A DNA stretch of 64,000 bases. It comes from Eledone cirrhosa (lineage: Eukaryota). Below, piece by piece: positions 14,017 through 29,000 of this stretch (within the stretch, counting starts at the first letter, position 1; each line of letters starts with the position of its first letter). Position numbers and translations under genes: made by a program. Below the pieces are notes generated by a model. That model searched no databases. It worked only from the letters and a program-made list of their open reading frames with translations, and had not been told where the DNA came from. Location: assembly GCA_964016885.1 (NCBI GenBank), contig OZ024757.1, positions 1,922,001-1,986,000 of the forward strand. The letters are read 5' to 3'.

Positions 14017-17000
14017 GGTCAAGGTAATATAGTGGTGGTGGGAGTGACAGGAGGTGGTCAAGGTAATATAGTGATGGTGGGAGTAACAGGAGGTGGTCAA
14101 GGTAATATAGTGGTGGCTGGAGTGACAGGAGGTGGTCAAGGTAATATAGTGGTGGCTGGAGTGACAGGAGGTGGTCAAGGTAATATAGTGATGGTTGGAG
14201 TGACAGGAGGTGGTCAAGGTAATATAGTGGTGGCTGGAGTGACAGGAGGTGGTGAAGGTAATATAGTGGTGACTGGAGTGACAGGAGGTGGTCAAGGTAA
14301 TATAGTGGTGACTGGAGTGACAGGAGGTGGTCAAGGTAATATAGTGGTGGTTGGAGTGACAGGAGATGGTCAAGGTAATATAGTGATGGCCGGAGTGACA
14401 GGAGATGGTCAAGGAAATATAGTGATGGCCGGAGTGACAGGAGATGGTCAAGGAAATATAGTGATGGTTGGAGTGACAGGAGGTGGTCAAGGTAATATAG
14501 TGATGGTTGGAGTGACAGGAGATGGTCAAGGTAATATAGTGATGGCCGGAGTGACAGGAGATGGTCAAGGAAATATAGTGATGGTTGGAGTGACAGGAGG
14601 TGGTCAAGGTAATATAGTGATGGCTGGAGTGACGTGAGGTGGTCAAGGTAATGCAATGGTGGTTGGGGTGACAGGAGATGGTCAAGTTAATATGGTGGTG
14701 GCCGGAGTGACAGGAGGTGGTCAAGGTAATATAGTGGTGGTTGGGGTGACAGGAGATGGTCAAGGTAATATAGTGGTGGCCGGAGTGACAGGAGGTGGTC
14801 AAGGTAATACAGTGATGGTTGGAGTGACAGGAGATGGTCAAGGTAATACAGTGATGGCTGGAGTGACAGGAGATGGTCAAGGTAATATAGTGGTGGTTGG
14901 GGTGACAGGAGGGGGTCAAGGTAATACAGTGATGGTTGGAGTGACAGGAAGTGGTCAAGGTAATACAGTGATGGTTGGAGTGACAGGAGGTGGTCAATGT
15001 AATATAGTAGTGGTTGGAGTGACAGGAGGTGGTCAAGGTAATACAGTGATGGCTGGAGTGACAGGAGGTGGTCAAGGTAATATAGTAGTGGTTGGAGTGA
15101 CAGGAGGTGGTCAAGGTAATATAGTGATGGCTGGAGTGACAGGAGGTGGTCAAGGTAATATAGTGGTGGTTGGAGTGACAGGAGGTGGTCAAGGTAATAT
15201 AGTGATGGCCGGAGTGACAGGAGGTGGTCAAGGTAATATAGTGATGTTTGGAGTGACAGGAGGTGGTCAAGGTAATATAGTGGTGGTTGGAGTGACAGGA
15301 GGTGGTCAAGGTAATATAGTGATGGTTGGAGTGACAGGAGATGGTGAAGGTAATATAGTGATGGTTGGAGTGACAGGAGATGGTGAAGGTAATATAGTGA
15401 TAGTTGGAGTGACAGGGGGTGGTCAAGGTAATATAGTGATGGCTGGAGTGACAGGAGGTGGTCAAGGTAATATAGTGGTGGTTGGAGTGACAGGAGGTGG
15501 TCAAGGTAATATAGTGATGGTTGGAGTGACAGGAGATGGTGAAGGTAATATAGTGGTGGTTGGAGTGACAGGAGATGGTCAAGGTAATATAGTGGTTGTT
15601 GGAGTGACAGGAGGTGGTCAAGGTAATATAGTGATGGTTGGAGTGACAGGAGGTGGTCAAGGTAATATAGTGATGGCTGGAGTGACAGGAGGTGGTCAAG
15701 GTAATATAGTGGTGGTTGGAGTGACAGGAGGTGGTAAAGGTAATATAGTGATGGCCGGAGTGACAGGGGTTGGTCAAGGTAATATAGTGGTGGTTGGAGT
15801 GACAGGAGGTGGTCAAGGTAATATAGTGATAGTTGGAGTGACAGGAGGTGGTCAAGGTAATATAGTGATGGTTGGAGTGACAGGAGATGCTCAATGTAAT
15901 ATAGTAGTGGTTGGAGTGACAGGAGGTGGTCAAGGTAATATAGTGGTAGTTGGAGTGACAGGAGGTGGTCAAGGTAATATAGTGGTGGTTGGAGTGACAG
16001 GAGGTGGTCAAGGTAATATAGTGATGGTTGGAGTGACAGGAGATGGTCAAGGTAATATAGTGGTTGTTGGAGTGACAGGAGGTGGTCAAGGTAATATAGT
16101 GATGGTTGGAGTGACAGGAGGTGGTCAAGGTAATATAGTGATGGCCGGAGTGACAGGAGGTGGTCAAGGTAATATAGTGATGTTTGGAGTGACAGGAGGT
16201 GGTCAAGGTAATATAGTGATGTTTGGAGTGACAGGAGGTGGTCAAGGTAATATAGTGATGGTTGGAGTGACAGGAGATGGTGAAGGTAATATAGTGATGG
16301 CCGGAGTGACAGGGGTTGGTCAAGGTAATATAGTGGTGGTTGGAGTGACAGGAGGTGGTCAAGGTAATATAGTGATGGCTGGAGTGACAGGAGGTGGTCA
16401 AGGTAATATAGTGGTGGTTGGAGTGACAGGAGATGGTCAAGGTAATATAGTAGTGGTTGGAGTGACAGGAGGTGGTCAAGGTAATACAGTGATGGCTGGA
16501 GTGACAGGAGGTGGTCAAGGTAATATAGTGGTGGTTGGAGTGACAGGAGATGGTCAAGGTAATATAGTGGTAGTTGGAGTGACAGGAGGGGGTCAAGGTA
16601 ATATAGTGATGGTTGGAGTGACAGGAGATGGTCAAGGTAATATAGTGATGGTTGGAGTGACAGGAGGTGGTCAAGGTAATATAGTGGTGGTTGGAGTGAC
16701 AGGAGGTGGTCAAGGTAATATAGTGGTGGTTGGAGTGACAGGAGGTGGTCAAGGTAATATAGTGGTGGTTGGAGTGACAGGAGGTGGTCAAGGTAATATA
16801 GTGGTGGTTGGAGTGACAGGAGGTGGTCAAGGTAATATAGTAGTGGTTGGAGTGACAGGAGGTGGTCAAGGTAATATAGTGGTGGTTGGAGTGACAGGAG
16901 GTGGTCAAGGTAATATAGTGGTGGTTGGAGTGACAGGAGGTGGTCAAGGTAATATTGTAGTGGTTGGAGTGACAGGAGGTGGTAAAGGTAATATAGTGGT

Positions 17001-20000
17001 AGTTGGAGTGACAGGAGGTGGTCAAGGTAATATAGTAGTGGTTGGAGTGACAGGCGGTGGTAAAGGTAATATAGTGATAGTTGGAGTGACAGGGGGTGGT
17101 CAAGGTAATATAGTGGTGGTTGGAGTGACAGGGGGTGGTCAAGGTAATATAGTAGTGGTTGGAGTGACAGGCGGTGGTCAAGGTAATATAGTAGTGGTTG
17201 GAGTGACAGGCGGTGGTAAAGGTAATATAGTGATAGTTGGAGTGACAGGGGGTGGTCAAGGTAATATAGTAGTGGTTGGAGTGACAGGAGGTGGTCAAGG
17301 TAATATAGTGGTGGTTGGAGTGACAGGAGGTGGTCAAGGTAATATAGTGGTGGTTGGAGTGACAGGGGGTGGTCAAGGTAATATAGTGGTGGTTGGAGTG
17401 ACAGGAGGTGGTCAAGGTAATATAGTGGTGGTTGGAGTGACAGGAGGTGGTCAAGGTAATATAGTGGTGGTTGGAGTGACAGGGTGTGGTCAAGGTAATA
17501 TAGTGGTGACTGGAGTGACAGGAGGTGGTCAAGGTAATATAGTGGTGGTTGGAGTGACAGGCGGTGGTAAAGGTAATATAGTGGTGGTTGGAGTGACAGG
17601 AGGTGGTCAAGGTAATATAGTGGTGGTTGGAGTGACAGGGGGTGGTAAAGGTAATATAGTGGTAGTTGGAGTGACAGGAGGTGGTCAAGGTAATATAGTG
17701 GTGGTTGGAGTGACAGGAGGTGGTCAAGGTAATATAGTAGTGGTTGGAGTGACAGGGGATGGTCAAGGTAATATAGTGGTAGTTGGAGTGACAGGAGGTG
17801 GTCAAGGTAATATAGTGGTGGTTGGAGTGACAGGAGGTGGTCAAGGTAATATAGTAGTGGTTGGAGTGACAGGCGGTGGTAAAGGTAATATAGTGGTAGT
17901 TGGAGTGACAGGAGGTGGTCAAGGTAATATAGTGGTGGTTGGAGTGACAGGAGGTGGTCAAGGTAATATAGTAGTGGTTGGAGTGACAGGGGATGGTCAA
18001 GGTAATATAGTGGTAGTTGGAGTGACAGGAGGTGGTCAAGGTAATATAGTGGTGGTTGGAGTGACAGGAGGTGGTCAAGGTAATATAGTGGTGGTTGGAG
18101 TGACAGGAGGTGGTCAAGGTAATATAGTGGTGGTTGGAGTGACAGGAGGTGGTCAAGGTAATATTGTAGTGGTTGGAGTGACAGGAGGTGGTAAAGGTAA
18201 TATAGTGGTAGTTGGAGTGACAGGAGGTGGTCAAGGTAATATAGTGGTGGTTGGAGTGACAGGAGGTGGTCAAGGTAATATAGTAGTGGTTGGAGTGACA
18301 GGGGATGGTCAAGGTAATATAGTGGTAGTTGGAGTGACAGGAGGTGGTCAAGGTAATATAGTGGTGGTTGGAGTGACAGGAGGTGGTCAAGGTAATATAG
18401 TGGTGGTTGGAGTGACAGGAGATGGGGAAGGTAATATAGTCGTGGTTGGAGTGACAGGGGGTGGTCAAGGTAATATAGTGGTGGTTGGAGTGACAGGGGG
18501 TGGGGAAGGTAATATAGTGGTGGTTGGAGTGACAGGGGGTGGTCAAGGTAATATAGTGATGGTTGGAGTGACAGGAGGTGGTCAAGGTAATATAGTGGTG
18601 GTTGGAGTGACAGGAGATGGTCAAGGTAATATAGTGATGGTTGGAGTGACAGGGGGTGGTCAAGGTAATATAGTGATAGTTGGAGTGACAGGGGGTGGTC
18701 AAGGTAATATAGTGATGGTTGGAGTGACAGGGGGTGGTCAAGGTAATATAGTGATAGTTGGAGTGACAGGGGGTGGTCAAGGTAATATAGTGATGGTTGG
18801 AGTGACAGGGGGTGGTCAAGGTAATATAGTGATGGTTGGAGTGACAGGGGGTGGTCAAGGTAATATAGTGATAGTTGGAGTGACAGGGGGTGGTCAAGGT
18901 AATATAGTGATGGTTGGAGTGACAGGGGGTGGTCAAGGTAATATAGTAGTGGTTGGAGTGACAGGAGATGGGGAAGGTAATATAGTCGTGGTTGGAGTGA
19001 CAGGGGGTGGTCAAGGTAATATAGTGGTAGTTGGAGTGACAGGAGGTGGTCAAGGTAATATAGTGGTGGTTGGAGTGACAGGAGGTGGTCAAGGTAATAT
19101 AGTAGTGGTTGGAGTGACAGGAGATGGGGAAGGTAATATAGTCGTGGTTGGAGTGACAGGGGGTGGTCAAGGTAATATAGTGGTAGTTGGAGTGACAGGA
19201 GGTGGTCAAGGTAATATAGTGGTGGTTGGAGTGACAGGAGGTGGTCAAGGTAATACAGTGATGGTTGGAGTGACAGGAGATGGTCAAGGTAATATAGTGA
19301 TAGTTGGAGTGACAGGAGGTGGGGAAGGTAATATAGTGGTGGTTGGAGTGACAGGGTGTGGTCAAGGTAATATAGTAGTGGTTGGAGTGACAGGGGGTGG
19401 GGAAGGTAATATAGTAGTGGTTGGAGTGACAGGAGATGGGGAAGGTAATATAGTCGTGGTTGGAGTGACAGGGGGTGGTCAAGGTAATATATTGATGGTT
19501 GGAGTGACAGGAGGTGGTCAAGGTAATATAGTCGTGGTTGGAGTGACAGGAGGTGGTCAAGGTAATATAGTGGTAGTTGGAGTGACAGGAGGTGGTCAAG
19601 GTAATATAGTGATGGCTGGAGTGACAGGAGATGGTCAAGGTAATATAGTGGTGGTTGGAGTGACAGGAGGTGGTCAAGGTAATATAGTAGTGGTTGGAGT
19701 GACAGGGGGTGGTCAAGGTAATATAGTGGTAGTTGGAGTGACAGGAGGTGGTCAAGGTAATATAGTGGTGGTTGGAGTGACAGGGGGTGTTCAAGGTAAT
19801 ATAGTAGTGGTTGGAGTGACAGGAGGTGGTCAAGGTAATATAGTGATGGTTGGAGTGACAGGAGATGGTGAAGGTAATATAGTGGTGGTTGGAGTGACAG
19901 GAGGTGGTCAAGGTAATATAGTGGTGGTTGGAGTGACAGGAGGTGGTCAAGGTAATATAGTGGTGGTTGGAGTGACAGGAGGTGGTCAAGGTAATATAGT

Positions 20001-23000
20001 GGTGGTTGGAGTGACAGGAGGTGGTCAAGGTAATATAGTGGTAGTTGGAGTGACAGGAGGTGGTCAAGGTAATATAGTGATGGTTGGAGTGACAGGAGAT
20101 GGTGAAGGTAATATAGTGGTGGTTGGAGTGACAGGAGGTGGTCAAGGTAATATAGTGGTGGTTGGAGTGACAGGAGGTGGTCAAGGTAATATAGTAGTGG
20201 CCGGAGTGACAGGAGGTGGTCAAGGTAATATAGTGGTGGTTGGAGTGACAGGGTGTGGTCAAGGTAATATAGTAGTAGTTGGAGTGACAGGAGGTGGTCA
20301 AGGTAATATAGTGATGGCTGGAGTAACAGGAGATGGTCAAGGTAATATAGTAGTAGTTGGAGTGACAGGAGGTGGTCAAGGTAATATAGTGGTGGTTGGA
20401 GTGACAGGAGATGGTCAAGGTAATATAGTAGTAGTTGGAGTGACAGGAGGTGGTCAAGGTAATATAGTAGTGGTTGGAGTGACAGGGGGTGGTCAAGGTA
20501 ATATAGTAGTAGTTGGAGTGACAGGGGGTGGTCAAGGTAATATAGTAGTGGTTGGAGTGACAGGAGATGGTGAAGGTAATATAGTGGTGGTTGGAGTGAC
20601 AGGAGATGGTCAAGGTAATATAGTGGTGGTTGGAGTGACAGGAGGTGGTCAAGGTAATATAGTGGTGGTTGGAGTGACAGGAGATGGTCAAGGTAATATA
20701 GTGGTGGTTGGAGTGACAGGAGGTGGTCAAGGTAATATAGTGGTGGTTGGAGTGACAGGAGGTGGTCAAGGTAATATAGTGGTGGTTGGAGTGACAGGAG
20801 ATGGTCAAGGTAATATAGTAGTGGTTGGAGTGACAGGGGGTGGTCAAGGTAATATAGTAGTAGTTGGAGTGACAGGAGGTGGTCAAGGTAATATAGTGAT
20901 GGTTGGAATGACAGGAGATGGTCAAGGTAATATAGTGGTGGTTGGAGTGACAGGAGGTGGTCAAGGTAATATAGTGGTGGTTGGAGTGACAGGAGATGGT
21001 CAAGGTAATATAGTGGTGGTTGGAGTGACAGGAGGTGGTCAAGGTAATATAGTGGTGGTTGGAGTGACAGGAGATGGTCAAGGTAATATAGTGGTGGTTG
21101 GAGTGACAGGAGATGGTCAAGGTAATATAGTGATGGTTGGAGTGACAGGAGGTGGTCAAGGTAATATAGTGGTGGTTGGAGTGACAGGAGGTGGTCAAGG
21201 TAATATAGTAGTGGTTGGAGTGACAGGGGGTGGTCAAGGTAATATAGTGGTGGTTGGAGTGACAGGAGGTGGTCAAGGTAATATAGTGGTGGTTGGAGTG
21301 ACAGGAGGTGGTCAAGGTAATATAGTGGTGGTTGGAGTGACAGGAGATGGTCAAGGTAATATAGTAGTGGTTGGAGTGACAGGGGGTGGTCAAGGTAATA
21401 TAGTAGTAGTTGGAGTGACAGGAGGTGGTCAAGGTAATATAGTGATGGTTGGAATGACAGGAGATGGTCAAGGTAATATAGTAGTGGTTGGAGTGACAGG
21501 GGGTGGTCAAGGTAATATAGTAGTGGTTGGAGTGACAGGGGGTGGTCAAGGTAATATAGTGGTGGTTGGAGTGACAGGGGGTGGTCAAGGTAATATAGTG
21601 GTGGTTGGAGTGACAGGAGGTGGTCAAGGTAATATAGTGGTGGTTGGAGTGACAGGGGGTGGTCAAGGTAAGACAGTGATGGTTGGAGTGACAGGAGGTG
21701 GTCAAGGTAATATAGTAGTGGTTGGAGTGACAGGGGGTGGTCAAGGTAATATAGTGGTGGTTGGAGTGACAGGAGGTGGTCAAGGTAATATAGTAGTGGT
21801 TGGAGTGACAGGAGGTGGTCAAGGTAATATAGTAGTGGTTGGAGTGACAGGGGGTGGTCAAGGTAATATAGTGGTGGTTGGAGTGACAGGGGGTGGTCAA
21901 GGTAATATAGTAGTGGTTGGAGTGACAGGGGGTGGTCAAGGTAATATAGTGGTGGTTGGAATGACAGGAGATGGTCAAGGTAATATAGTAGTGGTTGGAG
22001 TGACAGGAGGTGGTCAAGGTAATATAGTAGTGGTTGGAGTGACAGGGGGTGGTCAAGGTAATATAGTAGTGGTTGGAGTGACAGGGGGTGGTCAAGGTAA
22101 TATAGTAGTGGTTGGAGTGACAGGAGGTGGTCAAGGTAATATAGTGATGGTTGGAATGACAGGAGATGGTCAAGGTAATATAGTAGTGGTTGGAGTGACA
22201 GGAGGTGGTCAAGGTAATATAGTAGTGGTTGGAGTGACAGGGGGTGGTCAAGGTAATATAGTAGTGGCCGGAGTGACAGGAGGTGGTCAAGGTAATATAG
22301 TAGTGGTTGGAGTGACAGGGGGTGGTCAAGGTAATATAGTGGTGGTTGGAGTGACAGGAGGTGGTCAAGGTAATATAGTAGTGGTTGGAGTGACAGGGGG
22401 TGGTCAAGGTAATATAGTGGTGGTTGGAGTGACAGGGGGTGGTCAAGGTAATATAGTAGTGGTTGGAGTGACAAGAGATGGTAAAGGTAATATAGTGGTG
22501 GTTGGAGTGACAGGGGGTGGTCAAGGTAATATAGTAGTAGTTGGAGTGACAGGAGTTGGTCAAGGTAATATAGTAGTAGTTGGAGTGACAGGAGGTGGTC
22601 AAGGTAATATAGTGATGGTTGGAATGACAGGAGATGGTCAAGGTAATATAGTAGTGGTTGGAGTGACAGGAGGTGGTCAAGGTAATATAGTAGTGGTTGG
22701 AGTGACAGGGGGTGGTCAAGGTAATATAGTGGTGGTTGGAGTGACAGGGGGTGGTCAAGGTAATATAGTAGTGGTTGGAGTGACAGGAGGTGGTCAAGGT
22801 AATATAGTGGTGGTTGGAGTGACAGGAGGTGGTCAAGGTAATATAGTAGTGGTTGGAGTGACAGGGGGTGGTCAAGGTAATATAGTGGTGGTTGGAGTGA
22901 CAGGGGGTGGTCAAGGTAATATAGTAGTGGTTGGAGTGACAAGAGATGGTAAAGGTAATATAGTGGTGGTTGGAGTGACAGGGGGTGGTCAAGGTAATAT

Positions 23001-26000
23001 AGTAGTAGTTGGAGTGACAGGAGTTGGTCAAGGTAATATAGTAGTAGTTGGAGTGACAGGAGGTGGTCAAGGTAATATAGTGATGGTTGGAATGACAGGA
23101 GATGGTCAAGGTAATATAGTAGTGGTTGGAGTGACAGGAGGTGGTCAAGGTAATATAGTAGTGGTTGGAGTGACAGGGGGTGGTCAAGGTAATATAGTGA
23201 TGGTTGGAGTGACAGGGGGTGGTCAAGGTAATATAGTAGTGGTTGGAGTGACAGGGGGTGGTCAAGGTAATATAGTAGTGGTTGGAGTGACAGGAGGTGG
23301 TCAAGGTAATATAGTGGTGGTTGGAGTGACAGGAGGTGGTCAAGGTAATATAGTAGTGGTTGGAGTGACAGGGGGTGGTCAAGGTAATATAGTGGTGGTT
23401 GGAGTGACAGGAGGTGGTCAAGGTAATATAGTGATGGTTGGAGTGACAGGGGGTGGTCAAGGTAATATAGTAGTGGCCGGAGTGACAGGAGTTGGTCAAG
23501 GTAATATAGTAGTAGTTGGAGTGACAGGAGGTGGTCAAGGTAATATAGTGATGGTTGGAATGACAGGAGATGGTCAAGGTAATATAGTAGTGGTTGGAGT
23601 GACAGGAGGTGGTCAAGGTAATATAGTAGTGGTTGGAGTGACAGGGGGTGGTCAAGGTAATATAGTGGTGGTTGGAGTGACAGGGGGTGGTCAAGGTAAT
23701 ATAGTAGTGGTTGGAGTGACAAGAGATGGTAAAGGTAATATAGTGGTGGTTGGAGTGACAGGGGGTGGTCAAGGTAATATAGTGGTGGTTGGAGTGACAG
23801 GGGGTGGTCAAGGTAAGATAGTGGTGGTTGGAGTGACAGGGGGTGGTCAAGGTAATATAGTGGTGGTTGGAGTGACAGGAGATGGTCAAGGTAATATAGT
23901 AGTGGTTGGAGTGACAGGGGGTGGTCAAGGTAATATAGTGGTGGTTGGAGTGACAGGAGGTGGTCAAGGTAATATAGTGATGGTTGGAGTGACAGGAGGT
24001 GGTCAAGGTAATATAGTGGTGGCTGGAGTGACAGGAGGTGGTCAAGGTAATATAGTGGTGGTTGGAGTGACAGGGGGTGGTCAAGGTAATATAGTGGTGG
24101 TTGGAGTGACAGGCGGTGGTCAAGGTAATACAGTGATGGTTGGAGTGACAGGAGGTGGTCAAGGTAATATAGTAGTAGTTGGAGTGACAGGAGGTGGTCA
24201 AGGTAATATAGTGGTGGTTGGAGTAACAGGAGATGGTCAAGGTAATATAGTAGTAGTTGGAGTGACAGGAGGTGGTCAAGGTAATATAGTAGTGGTTGGA
24301 GTGACAGGGGGTGGTCAAGGTAATATAGTGGTGGTTGGAGTAACAGGAGATGGTCAAGGTAATATAGTAGTAGTTGGAGTGACAGGAGGTGGTCAAGGTA
24401 ATATAGTAGTGGTTGGAGTGACAGGGGGTGGTCAAGGTAATATAGTGGTGGTTGGAGTAACAGGAGATGGTCAAGGTAATATAGTAGTAGTTGGAGTGAC
24501 AGGAGGTGGTCAAGGTAATATAGTAGTGGTTGGAGTGACAGGGGGTGGTCAAGGTAATATAGTGGTGGTTGGAGTAACAGGAGATGGTCAAGGTAATATA
24601 GTAGTAGTTGGAGTGACAGGAGGTGGTCAAGGTAATATAGTGGTGGCTGGAGTGACAGGAGGTGGTCAAGGTAATATAGTGGTGGTTGGAGTGACAGGGG
24701 GTGGTCAAGGTAATATAGTGGTGGTTGGAGTGACAGGAGGTGGTCAAGGTAATATAGTGGTGGTTGGAGTGACAGGGGGTGGTCAAGGTAATATAGTGGT
24801 GGTTGGAGTGACAGGAGGTGGTCAAGGTAATATAGTGGTGGTTGGAGTGACAGGGGGTGGTCAAGGTAATATAGTGGTGGCTGGAGTGACAGGAGGTGGT
24901 CAAGGTAATATAGTGGTGGCTGGAGTGACAGGAGGTGGTCAAGGTAATATAGTGGTGGTTGGAGTGACAGGGGGTGGTCAAGGTAATATAGTGGTGGTTG
25001 GAGTGACAGGAGGTGGTCAAGGTAATATAGTGGTGGTTGGAGTGACAGGAGGTGGTCAAGGTAATATAGTAGTAGTTGGAGTGACAGGAGGTGGTCAAGG
25101 TAATATAGTGGTGGTTGGAGTGACAGGAGGTGGTCAAGGTAATATAGTGGTGGTTGGAGTGACAGGGGATGGTTAAGGTAATATAGTGGTGGTTGGAGTG
25201 ACAGGAGGTGGTCAAGGTAATATAGTGGTGGTTGGAGTGACAGGAGGTGGTCAAGGTAATATAGTGGTGGTTGGAGTGACAGGAGGTGGTCAAGGTAATA
25301 TAGTAGTAGTTGGAGTGACAGGAGGTGGTCAAGGTAATATAGTGGTGGTTGGAGTGACAGGAGGTGGTCAAGGTAATATAGTGGTGGTTGGAGTGACAGG
25401 GGATGGTTAAGGTAATATAGTGGTGGTTGGAGTGACAGGAGGTGGTCAAGGTAATATAGTGGTGGTTGGAGTGACAGGAGGTGGTCAAGGTAATATAGTG
25501 GTGGTTGGAGTGACAGGGGGTGGTCAAGGTAAGACAGTGATGGTTGGAGTGACAGGAGGTGGTCAAGGTAATATAGTGATAGTTGGAGTGACAGGAGGTG
25601 GTCAAGGTAATATAGTGGTAGTTGGAGTGACAGGGGGTGGTCAAGGTAATATAGTCGTGGTTGGAGTGACAGGAGGTGGTCAAGGTAATATAGTGGTGGT
25701 TGGAGTGACAGGAGATGGGGAAGGTAATATAGTCGTGGTTGGAGTGACAGGGGGTGGTCAAGGTAATATAGTGGTAGTTGGAGTGACAGGGGGTGGTCAA
25801 GGTAATATAGTAGTGGTTGGAGTGACAGGGGGTGGTCAAGGTAATATAGTCGTGGTTGGAGTGACAGGAGGTGGTCAAGGTAATATAGTGGTGGTTGGAG
25901 TGACAGGAGATGGGGAAGGTAATATAGTCGTGGTTGGAGTGACAGGAGGTGGTCAAGGTAATATAGTGATGGTTGGAGTAACAGGAGATGGTCAAGGTAA

Positions 26001-29000
26001 TATAGTGGTGGTTGGAGTGACAGGAGGTGGTCAAGGTAATATAGTAGTGGTTGGAGTGACAGGGGATGGTCAAGGTAATATAGTAGTGGTTGGAGTGACA
26101 GGGGATGGTCAAGGTAATATAGTAGTAGTTGGAGTGACAGGAGATGGTCAAGGTAATATAGTAGTGGTTGGAGTGACAGGGGATGGTCAAGGTAATATAG
26201 TGGTGGTTGGAGTGACAGGAGATGGTTAAGGTAATATAGTGATGGTTGGAGTAACAGGAGATGGTCAAGGTAATATAGTGGTGGTTGGAGTGACAGGAGG
26301 TGGTCAAGGTAATATAGTGGTGGTTGGAGTGACAGGAGATGGTTAAGGTAATATAGTGATGGTTGGAGTAACAGGAGATGGTCAAGGTAATATAGTGGTG
26401 GTTGGAGTGACAGGAGGTGGTCAAGGTAATATAGTGGTGGTTGGAGTGACAGGAGGTGGTCAAGGTAATATAGTGATGGTTGGAGTGACAGGAGGTGGTC
26501 AAGGTAATATAGTAGTGGTTGGAGTGACAGGGGGTGGTCAAGGTAATATAGTGATGGTTGGAGTGACAGGGGGTGGTCAAGGTAATATAGTGATGGTTGG
26601 AGTAACAGGAGATGGTCAAGGTAATATAGTAGTGGTTGGAGTGACAGGGGATGGTCAAGGTAATATAGTGGTGGTTGGAGTGACAGGAGGTGGTCAAGGT
26701 AATATAGTGATGGTTGGAGTGACAGGGGGTGGTCAAGGTAATATAGTAGTGGTTGGAGTGACAGGGGATGGTCAAGGTAATATAGTGATGGTTGGAGTGA
26801 CAGGAGGTGGTCAAGGTAATATAGTGGTGGTTGGAGTGACAGGAGGTGGTCAAGGTAATATAGTGGTGGTTGGAGTGACAGGGGGTGGTCAAGGTAATAT
26901 AGTGATGGTTGGAGTGACAGGAGGTGGTCAAGGTAATATAGTAGTGGTTGGAGTGACAGGAGATGGTCAAGGTAATATAGTGGTGGCTGGAGTGACAAGA
27001 GATGGTAAAGGTAATATAGTGATGGTTGGAGTGACAGGAGGTGGTCAAGGTAATATAGTGGTGGCTGGAGTGACAGGAGGTGGTCAAGGTAATATAGTGG
27101 TGGTTGGAGTGACAGGAGGTGGTCAAGGTAATATAGTGGTGGCTGGAGTGACAGGAGATGGTAAAGGTAATATAGTGGTGGTTGGAGTGACAGGAGGTGG
27201 TCAAGGTAATATAGTGGTGGCTGGAGTGACAGGAGGTGGTCAAGGTAATATAGTAGTGGTTGGAGTGACAGGGGGTGGTCAAGGTAATATAGTGGTGGTT
27301 GGAGTGACAGGGGGTGGTCAAGGTAATATAGTGGTGGCTGGAGTGACAAGAGATGGTAAAGGTAATATAGTGGTGGCTGGAGTGACAGGAGGTGGTCAAG
27401 GTAATATAGTGGTGGTTGGAGTGACAGGAGATGGTAAAGGTAATATAGTGGTTGTTGGAGTGACAGGAGGTGGTCAAGGTAATATAGTGGTGGCTGGAGT
27501 GACAGGAGGTGGTCAAGGTAATATAGTGGTGGTTGGAGTGACAGGTGGTCAAGGTAATATAGTGGTGGTTGGAGTGACAGGAGATGGTGAAGGTAATATA
27601 GTGGTGGTTGGAGTGACAGGAGGTGGTCAAGGTAATACAGTGATGGCCGGAGTGACAGGAGATGGTCAAGGTAATATAGTGGTGGTTGGAGTGACAGGTG
27701 GTCAAGGTAATATAGTGGTGGTTGGAGTGACAGGAGATGGTGAAGGTAATATAGTGGTGGTTGGAGTGACAGGAGGTGGTCAAGGTAATACAGTGATGGC
27801 CGGAGTGACAGGAGATGGTCAAGGTAATATAGTGGTGGTTGGAGTGACAGGTGGTCAAGGTAATATAGTGGTGGTTGGAGTGACAGGAGATGGTGAAGGT
27901 AATATAGTGGTGGTTGGAGTGACAGGAGGTGGTCAAGGTAATACAGTGATGGCCGGAGTGACAGGAGGTGGTCAAGGTAATATAGTGATGGTTGGAATGA
28001 CAGGGGGTGGTCAAGGTAATATAGTGATGGTTGGAGTGACAGGGGGTGGTCAAGGTAATATAGTGGTGGTTGGAGTGACAGGGGGTGGTCAAGGTAATAT
28101 AGTGATGGTTGGAGTGACAGGAGATGGTAAAGGTGATATAGTGATGGCCGGAGTGACAGGAGGTGGTCAAGGTAATATAGTGATGGTTGCAGTGACAGGA
28201 GGTGGTCAAGGTAATATAGTGGTGGCTGGAGTGATAGGAGATGGTAAAGGTAATATAGTGGTGGTTGGAGTGACAGGAGGTGGTTAAGGTAATCTAGTGA
28301 TGGTTGGAGTGACAGGAGATGGTCAAGGCAATATAGTGGTGGCCGGAGTGATAGGAGATGGTCAAGGTAATATAGTGATGGCCGGAGTGACAGGAGGTGG
28401 TCAAGGTAATATAGTGGTGGCTGGAGTGACAGGAGATGGTCAAGGTAATATAGTGGTGGCTGGAGTGACAGGAGATGGTAAAGGTAATATAGTGATGGTT
28501 GGAGTGACAGGAGGTGGTCAAGGTAATATAGTGATGGTTGGAGTGACAGGAGGTGGTCAAGGTAATATAGTGGTGGTTGGAGTGACAGGAGGTGGTCAAG
28601 GTAATATAGTGATGGTTGGAGTGACAGGAGATGGTCAAGGTAATATAGTGGTGGCTGGAGTGACAGGAGATGGTAAAGGTAATATAGTGATGGCCGGAGT
28701 GACAGGAGACGGTCAAGGTAATATAGTGATGGCCGGAGTGACAGGAGATGGTCAAGGTAATATAGTGGTGACTGGAGTGACAGGAGGTGGTCAAGGTAAT
28801 ATAGTGGTGGTTGGAGTGACGGGAGGTGGTCAAAGTAATATAGTGTTGACTGGAGTGACAGGAGATGGTCAAGGTAATATAGTGGTGACTGGAGTGACAG
28901 GAGGTGGTCAAGGTAATATAGTGGTGGCCGGAGTGACAGGAGCTGGTCAAGGTAATATAGTGATGGTTGGAGTGACAGGAGATGGTGAAGGTAATATAGT

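Noticed and set aside
13972-28209. 4745-aa and 4220-aa - strand ORFs as real His/Cys-rich or Leu-rich proteins
   Set aside because: They follow automatically from a 39-bp monomer lacking stops in those frames. They have no unique N- or C-terminal domain, no ATG start, and overlapping open frames on both strands.
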